In this document: positions 1-7,908 of the stretch, one piece after another
Position numbering within the stretch: the first letter of the stretch is position 1
Layout of the letters: each line of letters opens with the position of its first letter
From: Rhizaria sp. SCN 62-66
Lineage: Eukaryota
NCBI GenBank assembly: GCA_001724265.1
Contig: MEDY01000341.1
Span: 1-32,489 of the forward strand
Direction of reading: 5' to 3'
Length of the DNA stretch: 32,489 nt
Program-made: the position numbers and the translations under genes
The notes under the pieces: model-generated
What the model was told of the DNA's origin: nothing
Database searches by the model: none
Seen by the model: the letters and a program-made list of their open reading frames with translations, nothing else

Positions 1-1
1 G

Positions 2-242
2 CTGTGTCCAAAGGTGGTGTTTCTGTGTTCAAAAGTGGTGTTTCTTGTGTAAATGATAAGCATTTAAATACATATAATTCGAATTATATTCAGATAACAA
101 ATACTTTAAACACAGAAAACACACACTTTAAAGACAGAATCCTTCCGTGTGTGTTCCCAGAAAACACCACCCTGATAAAGGGAGCTTGGGAGGTCGTTGG
201 GTGCCGTTTCTCTGTGGATTTCCTGTGAGAGAGTCCCTTTAT
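2..242. repeat. Cluster of tandem and inverted repeats around an 18-bp palindrome; possible end of a DNA transposon/MITE, truncated by the window edge
   Basis: Two 21-nt imperfect tandem copies (CTGTGTCCAAAGGTGGTGTTT 2-22; CTGTGTTCAAAAGTGGTGTTT 23-43). Perfect palindrome ATATAATTCGAATTATAT at 72-89. Degenerate inverted copies of the unit at ~103-137 and 157-171. Inverted pair ATAAAGGGA (176-184) / TCCCTTTAT (234-242). The TE interpretation is inference. Confidence 0.6.
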
Positions 243-260
243 GTAAAATCTCGCGCGTAA

Positions 261-995
261 CAGCACCGCGCTCGTCGACCACACGTGCATGGCGCCGCGG
301 CGTGCATTGAGACGGCGCGCAATTACGCCGTGTTGCTGGTCGCGGCGCACGCGCTGAGGGCCGAGGGCGGGCTTGTGAACGCTGTCCCGGCACGCGTGTT
401 GCCGCCTCTCGTAGTCAAGATACCTGTACATGACCCACACCGTGTATCGCTTTTCTGTGTTGGCTTTGAAACAAGGAGACTTGAATACCGCTTCAATGCA
501 CACTGTAACGCCTGCGGAGTCGGACCGCGGAGATGCTCGGACACGTCTAGAAGTACAAGCTTGAACACTACAGCCTTCTCTGTGCGATTTTGGATGCTGT
601 GAGCATCACGCTGTGCACGTTTGTCGAGTCGGAGGTTGAGGACATGATATACTACCTTTGATGGTGACCGTGAGCGCAAGTCGTTTGCCTCGCCCGGGGT
701 GCTGACGGAGGCTGAGTCCGTGATCACGCATGCGAAGACCAAGGAGCGCCTGGTCAACGCGAATGCTAAGGCAACTGCTGAGCTGGCGGGCGCGGGTATT
801 ACATGCGACTTCAGCGCACCGGCTGCAGCGACAGCCGTTTATGGTAAGAAGGTCATGAGCGTGAACGCGAAGGCTACGAGCAGTGGGACGTACAGTGTTG
901 AGGTGAACAAGACGGACCAGGAGGTGGCTTCTCAGTGGGGACGTCGTGAGACGCGCATGGCTGGGAGTGAGTGGGCGCACCGGATGTGGGTGTGA
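261..995 (+). pseudogene. Degenerate coding relic of unknown family
   Basis: GC-rich, codon-like sequence that reads as protein-like only by switching frames: ...ARNYAVLLVAAHALRAEGG...; ...AEMLGHV*KYKLEHYSLLCAILDAVSITLCTFVESEVEDMIYYL*; then TTFDGDRERKSF...HRMWV* ending at 995. It contains in-frame stops, and I found no GTACGT...AG introns that would repair it. Confidence 0.4.
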
Positions 996-1887
996 CAACT
1001 TTAACAGTGACACATGACTCTGTAAATTATGTGTGCTGCTCAATCCTATATTTCTAGCGCTGAAGACGATGAGATTAAACATGAAAGTTGCATTTGCGTG
1101 AATACATATGCTGACATATGCTGACATACAAGTCCATTTATTGAATCATTTGGCGATTTCTACCTAGACGTGCTTGGCCACTGGTCTCGATGAGTCACAT
1201 AATCGCGACGTGTTACTCAACATGATTAAACGGTACATGTCACCCTTATAACATTAAAGTGAAAAAATAACTATATGTATTCATCACGATTAACTCAGAA
1301 CACGAGTCTCTTGAATGCAACTTGCCGAGGCGCGGACAATTTAGCACATTTGAGAGTTGATTTGCTGTTTTTAGAAAGAGGAAGAGTCACTGGGACAAAA
1401 AAATCAAAGAGTCTACTCAAACTAGGGTGCGTGTAGATTACCATGCCGTCACGGGTTTTACAGTGCAGAATGGTCAAATATTAGCAAAAGACGATAACGC
1501 TTGAGGTTGCACAAAAAACGAAACAAAAAACGATAGAAACGGATAGACATAACATAAGGTAACAGCAATAAAGTACACATAAGCTTATAAGCCGGCTGCC
1601 GAGATATGGGAGAGCGCATGCAGCAAAGGTGGGAAACGGTTAGTGTGTGCAATTTGCACTTATACAACAGGACATCCACACAAGACACACACACGTCAAT
1701 AAATTACGGCATCGGGATGTGACGGGGAGGATACAAACACATACACACATACAAATGAGAGACGACACCAAACGTGTCCGAGGTGGTTACGTTACCACGG
1801 TTACATAGCGAAAAGATGATTAAAACAGACTGAACAAAGCAGTAGTTCGAGAGTGAAATGCTTCTGTTCGTGACGTACGCGGACGCT

Positions 1888-4800
1888 TTAAAGCGCCAGA
1901 GCGAGCGATGCGACGAGGATGACGAACGCGACCCAGACAGGCGCAACATGCGCGGGGGCGGCGTTCATGGGGGGCTCGTCGATGTCGTAGCGCGCGACGA
2001 GGAGCTCCTCACCCTGAACGTTGGCCTCGGTGATCGTCGAAGAGAGCGTGGCAGTGCAGCTGTACGTGGCAGTGGCACTCTCGGCAACATTGACAGAGAG
2101 CACGGCGCCGGACGAGGCAGAGGACGAGCTGACGGTGACAGTGTAGACATTGCCTTCGTTGTCGACGAGCGAGGCGGCAGTGCCAGACGAGAGGCGGCCC
2201 GAGGCGGCGAGACTCGCGATGGGGGCGTAGTTGCCGGCAGTCGACGTGAGTGAGCTGCGACGCAGACCGAGGAAGCTGGCAGAGGGCGTCGTGGCCGCGT
2301 TACGCAACGTCATGCAGTCACCGCCCTGCACCACGCCCCACTTGGTGCCGGCGATGAAGATGCTCGAGATGAGGCTGGAGATGGGGGTATCATTGCACGT
2401 GGGGGCGGTTACTGTGTAAGTACCAGAGAGCTGGACGTTCGAGGGCGCGGTCGCGGCGCAGGCCTCAACGCCCGGGCCGGAGGCGACGAGCGCGTACTTC
2501 TGCTCGCCGAGAGGCACCTTGGCGCCGGTAGCGGTGGCGCAGTACATGCCGGAGTTAAAGGAACGGAGCCAGACCTGCTCGACGGAGTTGAGGCGGTCGA
2601 CCTGGTCGTTGCCGCGCCACTCCTGGCCGCGTGGGCCGAAAACGTGCAAGTCCAGGTCGTTGACGATAGCCTTTGCGGCGGACAGCGTCTGTGCGTAGTC
2701 GCTGTAGGCGAGCGTGACCTTGATGCGCGAGCTGCCGACGCCGTAAGTATAGGTGATGTTGGGCGTGGAGTAGCCTGTCGTCAGTTCTTGCAGCGACGAG
2801 ACGAGGAAGCAGCCGGTGATGAAAGACGAGTCGGTCAGGTTGCGCGCGCCGTCGGAGATGATGACAAGCTGGCGGTACGAGTAGGCCGTCGGCGACCGCG
2901 ACGAGTCGGCCACAGGCAGCGCTGCGGTGAGCATGAGGGAGCCGAAGCCACTGATGGTGTTGGGGCCGTTGGGAATGGGCACGGTGTTCATGTAGGCCTC
3001 CGAGATGTAGCCGCCGACCTGGGGCATCCACAGCGACGTGCCGCTGGTGATGGAGCTGCTGCTCGAAGTGACGCCGTTCTGCGTGGAGCCCTTGACCGGG
3101 TACTTGCCCGAGCCAGTGTAGGAGATTGGCGCGGGCATGACGGCCTGCGAGCCGGTGTAGGTCGTGTTGACGGAACCGGTGTGGATGGCGGCGCGGCAGA
3201 TGGACGACGAAGGGGTGTACATTGAAATACCCTGCACAGCCGCGGAGCTGGCCAAGCACTGCGTCACCGACGGGCACGACACGGGGTACGCCGCAGTCAC
3301 AAGCGCGTCCTCAGTCGCGTCGTACGCAAACGAGGGCATACCAGCAAAGGTCGTGGTGCACGAGACGGGGCGCGCACGCGGCGCGTTGGTCGCCTCAAAC
3401 TCGAGAATGCCAAGATAGATGGGGCAAGAAGGGGATGCAGCGAACTTAAGAGTGAAGGTCGAGGTGCCCGTGACGTTGAACTCCTGCACCAGCGTAGTGG
3501 CGCCAGTGACGTTGCTGCCGCCCATGGATGAGAAGTCGATCGAGTACTTGGTCGACGAGCACGAGCGCTCAGCGAGGAAGCGCAGCGTGGTGGTGCCCGT
3601 CGTGGAGGGCGTAACAAAAAACTCCGCATCGTTAAAGACGGAGGTAATGCTGTAAAGGGCACCCAGCAACATTTGCCCTTGCTTGGCGGTGCCGGTCTGG
3701 CGGAGCATCGGCGCGTTAGTGTCGCCTGAGTTGCCCTGCTTGCGCGCCATGTCCTGGCCGGAGTTGATGATAACGGCTTTGATCAGCGTCGCCGACGGGT
3801 TCGAGATGGCCGCGCTGGTCGACGCGGCGCCCTTGCCGCCGTAGAAACCCTGGCGCAGGTAGTCACGCACGAGCACAGCCGTGCCGGAAACGGAGGGCGT
3901 GGCCATGGATGTGCCCGACATCTGCGTCGTGCGGCATGAAGTGGAGCCGGAGGTCGAGGTGGTGCCGCTGCGGGCAGAGATGAGCGCGTGGCCTGGCGCG
4001 GAGATGTCGGGCTTGATGCGGCCGTCCATCGTGGGGCCCGTGGATGAGAAACTCGCCATCGAAGTCAAGGAGAAGTAGTCGGCCTGGTCGATCTGCGCGT
4101 TCGAAGGCATGTTCTCCTTGGCGCTGTTGAGCGACTGCGAGGCCGCGCCAACGGAGATGATGTTCTTGGACGTGGCGGGAGAGCCGACGGTCTGGTGCGC
4201 GTAGGCACCATCGTTACCGGCGGCGACGATGATCAGGAAGTCGTTCTGGCGCTTCATGAAGCGGTCGATGTAGAAGTCGCTGCTGCTGTAGTCATTGCAG
4301 AGGAACGCGGGCGTCTGGTCAAAGCTGTTAGAGCAGCCCCAGGAGTTGGAGTGGATGCGCGCGCCGACTGAGTAAGCCGGGGCGAAGATGTCGTCAAGGT
4401 TGTCGGGCACGTAGAAGGCGCCAGAGCTGGTGACCTCAAGGTCGTAGAAAGACACCTTCGCGTCGGGCGCGACGCCGTTGTGGCCAGACTCGGACCAGGT
4501 GTCGGCGTTGAGCGCACTGCCCGTGATGGTGCCCACGACGTGGGAGCCGTGGCCCGCGATCGAGTCCGTGTTATCGGCGAATACGACGTAGTTGACGAAC
4601 TTGCGGTGCGACGACGAGGCCGTCGAGCCAAAGGGAACTGACGCGCTGGTGTCGCGGAAGTAGCACGAACGGCCGTCAACACCCGTATCGGCAACACCGA
4701 CGATGTTGTTGGAGCCGGTGATGCCCGCGGCGTGAAAGGGCGAAAGCTGGTTTTGGTATTGCGTCGCGTTGACGGGCACTGGGTCGCTGAAGGTCGTGGT

Positions 4801-6546
4801 GACCCAGCGCACGCGCTTATTGAGCGGGCGGTAGCGCGGCGCCACGTCGACGTACATGACGTCACTCGCGGCCGCCAGCGACGACACAGACGCCGAGAGC
4901 GTGCGCGCTACCATACGCGTCTGCAGCGATAGCACCGACGCCACGGCAGACGACAGCGCGCGCTGGTACGCAGGAGCGGCCGCCGCAGTCGCAAAGCTGC
5001 GCGCAGCCGCGGTCTCGGTGGCCTGCACGGAAAAGCCCTCGGTGGCAGCGCTGGCGGCCATCGAGGCCTCTGCGGCGGCAACGTGCGAGGAGGCCGAGGC
5101 GGCGACAAGCGCGCGCGTGACGGCCGAGATGTGGCGCGCCAGAGCGGTCTGCGCCTCGACGGCGGACGCGGCGGCAACGACGGCGACGTCAGCGTCAACG
5201 GCGGCGGCGGAAGCGGAGGCGAGTGTGGCGTAGCGGCGGGGGCCAGCGGCGGCGGCCTCACCGACGACGTTGAAGGCGGCCTCGGCGACAAGCGCGGCGA
5301 CGTCGGGACGGGCCGTGGCGCCGCCGCCGCTGAAAAGCGGGGAGCGAACAGCAAAGGACACTGACGAGAGCGACTCGAAGTTGCCTGCGTTGTTGCGCGG
5401 GGCAGCGCGCACCGAGTGCGAGACTTCGTTCATTGTGGTGGCAAGCGGCAGCAGCAGCGAGCCCATCTGCGGCGCGGCGGCGCGTGCCTCGGGCGTGGCG
5501 GCCGTGGCCATGGGCGCACGCAGCGCGGCGAGCAGCGGTGCAGCCGAAGCCAGACCGAGCGCGCGCATGGGCGCGGCGAGCGTGCGCATTGCCTGCGCGG
5601 CAAAGGCGCCCGCGTCGGCCGAAGACACACCCACGACGGCGTCGGCCAGACTGGCCGCGGCGGCCTGCGCGGCGGCGGCGTGCTCGCTGCGGAGCGCGCC
5701 TGAGTAGCCGTCGAGCGTGGACGACAGGTTGAGAGGTGCCGAGAGCATCACGGTGAGCGTGTGCGTGGGCAACCCGTCCGCGCCCAACACGCTCGTCGAT
5801 GCGGCCGCGGCTGCGTTCAGTGCGGCGGAGATCTCCGCACGGCGCTTGGTACTCAGGTCGAACGGGGCGTCCTCCGCATCATCGGCCTCAGTGAGGGCGG
5901 GGGTGTCGATGGGGGCCTTGGACTTAGAGACACGCAGGACATTAGAGTCAACGAGGGTGTATCCGCTGGCTGCATCTGCAGCAGCAGGAGCAGCAGACGT
6001 GTCAGGGGCGGCGTCAAAGTCGATGCTGAGCGAGGCGGTGGCAAAGGCGGGTGCGACGGCGATGGCGTCAGCAGTGGCCGAGTCGATCGAGGCTTCGTCA
6101 CCGAGCAGCGCGTGGACGCGGGCGGAAACCTTGTGCTCGGCGGGGTAGAGGTTCATCCAGGACACGGCGGTAGCCTTGGAGACCTGGAGGGCGTCGCTAG
6201 CGGAGAGCTTGAGCAACAGCACGTTCTCGGGCAGGTAGCCGACAACAGATGCGGCGTGGTGCGCGGAGAAACCCGCGAGGCGGTCGCTCGCGACCTCGAC
6301 CATGTAGATGTCCTCGCTGTCAAGCGGTAGCAGTGTCGACGCGGGGGACACGGCGAGCGTGGTCATGCCCGAGGGCGCCAGGCGCGTGCGCGGGAACGCG
6401 TTGGAGGCCGCGAGGAACTGACCCTCAGGCGTGAGGCGCAGCGAAGGCGTCGACGCGGTGTCAATCACGCCTGTGCGCAGCTGAATTATGCCGGCAAGCG
6501 AGCTCGCCACCATCGCGGTGGAGAGAATGGCCAAGCGGGAAAGCAT
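1888..6546 (-). CDS. Secreted, probably GPI-anchored S8 subtilisin-like serine protease (Kp43/Dictyostelium Tag-like) with inserted LCCL-like domain, 1552 aa
   Basis: First ATG is at 6546 (the track start at 6552 is TTG). Signal peptide MLSRLAILSTAMVASSLA. Catalytic motifs VADTG (~4681-4695), HGSHVVG (~4531-4551), AAGN (~4213-4224), SGTSMATP (~3895-3918), plus RIHSNSWG and DGRIKPD. Kp43-type C-terminal domain (VNDLDLHV...NSVEQV). C-terminal hydrophobic tail with no cytoplasmic residues. TAA stop, no introns. Confidence 0.93.
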   Translation of the reverse strand: MLSRLAILSTAMVASSLAGIIQLRTGVIDTASTPSLRLTPEGQFLAASNAFPRTRLAPSGMTTLAVSPASTLLPLDSEDIYMVEVASDRLAGFSAHHAASVVGYLPENVLLLKLSASDALQVSKATAVSWMNLYPAEHKVSARVHALLGDEASIDSATADAIAVAPAFATASLSIDFDAAPDTSAAPAAADAASGYTLVDSNVLRVSKSKAPIDTPALTEADDAEDAPFDLSTKRRAEISAALNAAAAASTSVLGADGLPTHTLTVMLSAPLNLSSTLDGYSGALRSEHAAAAQAAAASLADAVVGVSSADAGAFAAQAMRTLAAPMRALGLASAAPLLAALRAPMATAATPEARAAAPQMGSLLLPLATTMNEVSHSVRAAPRNNAGNFESLSSVSFAVRSPLFSGGGATARPDVAALVAEAAFNVVGEAAAAGPRRYATLASASAAAVDADVAVVAAASAVEAQTALARHISAVTRALVAASASSHVAAAEASMAASAATEGFSVQATETAAARSFATAAAAPAYQRALSSAVASVLSLQTRMVARTLSASVSSLAAASDVMYVDVAPRYRPLNKRVRWVTTTFSDPVPVNATQYQNQLSPFHAAGITGSNNIVGVADTGVDGRSCYFRDTSASVPFGSTASSSHRKFVNYVVFADNTDSIAGHGSHVVGTITGSALNADTWSESGHNGVAPDAKVSFYDLEVTSSGAFYVPDNLDDIFAPAYSVGARIHSNSWGCSNSFDQTPAFLCNDYSSSDFYIDRFMKRQNDFLIIVAAGNDGAYAHQTVGSPATSKNIISVGAASQSLNSAKENMPSNAQIDQADYFSLTSMASFSSTGPTMDGRIKPDISAPGHALISARSGTTSTSGSTSCRTTQMSGTSMATPSVSGTAVLVRDYLRQGFYGGKGAASTSAAISNPSATLIKAVIINSGQDMARKQGNSGDTNAPMLRQTGTAKQGQMLLGALYSITSVFNDAEFFVTPSTTGTTTLRFLAERSCSSTKYSIDFSSMGGSNVTGATTLVQEFNVTGTSTFTLKFAASPSCPIYLGILEFEATNAPRARPVSCTTTFAGMPSFAYDATEDALVTAAYPVSCPSVTQCLASSAAVQGISMYTPSSSICRAAIHTGSVNTTYTGSQAVMPAPISYTGSGKYPVKGSTQNGVTSSSSSITSGTSLWMPQVGGYISEAYMNTVPIPNGPNTISGFGSLMLTAALPVADSSRSPTAYSYRQLVIISDGARNLTDSSFITGCFLVSSLQELTTGYSTPNITYTYGVGSSRIKVTLAYSDYAQTLSAAKAIVNDLDLHVFGPRGQEWRGNDQVDRLNSVEQVWLRSFNSGMYCATATGAKVPLGEQKYALVASGPGVEACAATAPSNVQLSGTYTVTAPTCNDTPISSLISSIFIAGTKWGVVQGGDCMTLRNAATTPSASFLGLRRSSLTSTAGNYAPIASLAASGRLSSGTAASLVDNEGNVYTVTVSSSSASSGAVLSVNVAESATATYSCTATLSSTITEANVQGEELLVARYDIDEPPMNAAPAHVAPVWVAFVILVASLALAL

Positions 6547-6750
6547 GGTCAACAGGTCTGTAGAAAAGTCGCGTTACACGTTGCCTTCAGACCTTCAGTT
6601 ATCTGGGCACACGCGACCAGTTGAGCAAGAAAGTGCATGGCGTGGGTTTACGTGGCTTAATGTGAGATACAAGGACAAAAACAGCGCAAATTAAAATGCA
6701 GAGATTTCAAGAACATTTATCGTGAAGAGCCTGACTATCAAGGTACGCAG

Positions 6751-6769
6751 TTCCCGAGGCGCTCGGGAA
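6751..6769. promoter_or_regulatory. Perfect inverted repeat upstream of the subtilisin gene (possible dimeric TF site)
   Basis: TTCCCGAG-GCG-CTCGGGAA, 8-bp perfect arms, about 205 bp upstream of the ATG at 6546. The function is inferred only. Confidence 0.25.
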
Positions 6770-7449
6770 GGCGACGTTGTTGTTGCTCCCAGTTGCCACA
6801 AGTGTGACCACAAATCACGCAGTCGCCATTTTAGTCGTTCATCTTAGACAGCAGAAGGTGTGATTCAATATCCTAATAGCAAAACACATGATGATCATCA
6901 TACTACAAGAACCCCTTGAAAGCTCGTAAAATCATGTCACGAAATATCTTGTCCGATTTGCATTTGCCGACCTGACCTAGATTCCTTCAAACGGCGTATA
7001 CCAGATCGTTATTACAGGCTAAGGAGAACGCTAGCACACTGTGAACAATGAAACACAATATGCATGGTTGCGCAAAGCAGCAAATAGACGTCAAAACGGC
7101 AGTGTCACGGCTCTACTATGACATATCCGAAGTTGTTTGGATCTCTCCAGGTCTCGTTTGATTGGCGAGGAGCAACATCGACGGTTCGTTTTTTCGGTCC
7201 ACTTTCGCTCGTGTTGACGACACGACGACGAGGGAGATATAGCAACGAAGTTGAAAGTAACTAATGAGAGGGTGGTTTTATTAGACACAATAAGTTATGA
7301 AATATGTAAAGCAGTGGTTTGAAGCGCTGTGCGTTTAGTGAGCGTGCCGAACCGATACGAGGTGTGTTTGTTTGAAAGTAGCTGCGGGAGAGAAACGTTT
7401 AATGTGATAAAAACAATAGGAAAGCAATTATGAGCACATCACTCGCACT

Positions 7450-7860
7450 TCATTTGCTGCCCTCGCTGTTGACACTGGGCGGGTAGCCCATGAGCGGAGG
7501 CTGCTGGAACTGGAAGTTGTTGTTTTGCGGCTGCTGCTGCTGCTGAGGCGTCATCTGGCCGCCGTGCTGCATATTGTGCATCATGGGCTGCTGCGGCATG
7601 AACCGCTGCTGCTGCGGCGGCTGCATGAACATCGGAGGTGGGAACATGTCCCCCGCGCCGTTGGGCGCGTGGTTGTGGTAGCCGGGCGGGAAGGCGGCGC
7701 CGCTGGTGTTAGCCAGACGGCGCAGCTCCTCGGTGCGCGCGCGCGACTGATTAGTGTCGCGCTCGATGGCCTCAACGCGCGCCTCAATGTCCTGCTTTGT
7801 CATTGCGCCCACACCGCCCGCGCCACCGAGTCCGCTGCCGAGACCGATCATGCCCATGCC

Positions 7861-7908
<48 letters not shown>

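Noticed and set aside
2..50. 21-nt repeats as a CRISPR array or telomeric repeat
   Set aside because: There are only two adjacent copies, no spacers and no cas genes, the context is eukaryotic, and the unit is not a telomeric pattern.
540..660. Stop-codon reassignment (TAG read-through) in the first coding relic
   Set aside because: About 26 kb of intact CDS contains no in-frame stops, and the relic also needs frameshifts, so decay is the simpler explanation.
1104..1128. 10-nt tandem duplication ACATATGCTG x2.5
   Set aside because: This is an isolated slippage-type duplication in AT-rich intergenic DNA with no sign of function.
6888..6975. C/D snoRNA candidate (ATGATGA...CTGA with TTTGCCGAC complementary to the LSU rRNA GUCGGCAAA)
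   Set aside because: There are only about 9 nt of complementarity, no terminal stem and no clear C'/D' boxes, so it is compatible with chance. A snoscan run against the host rRNA would settle it.
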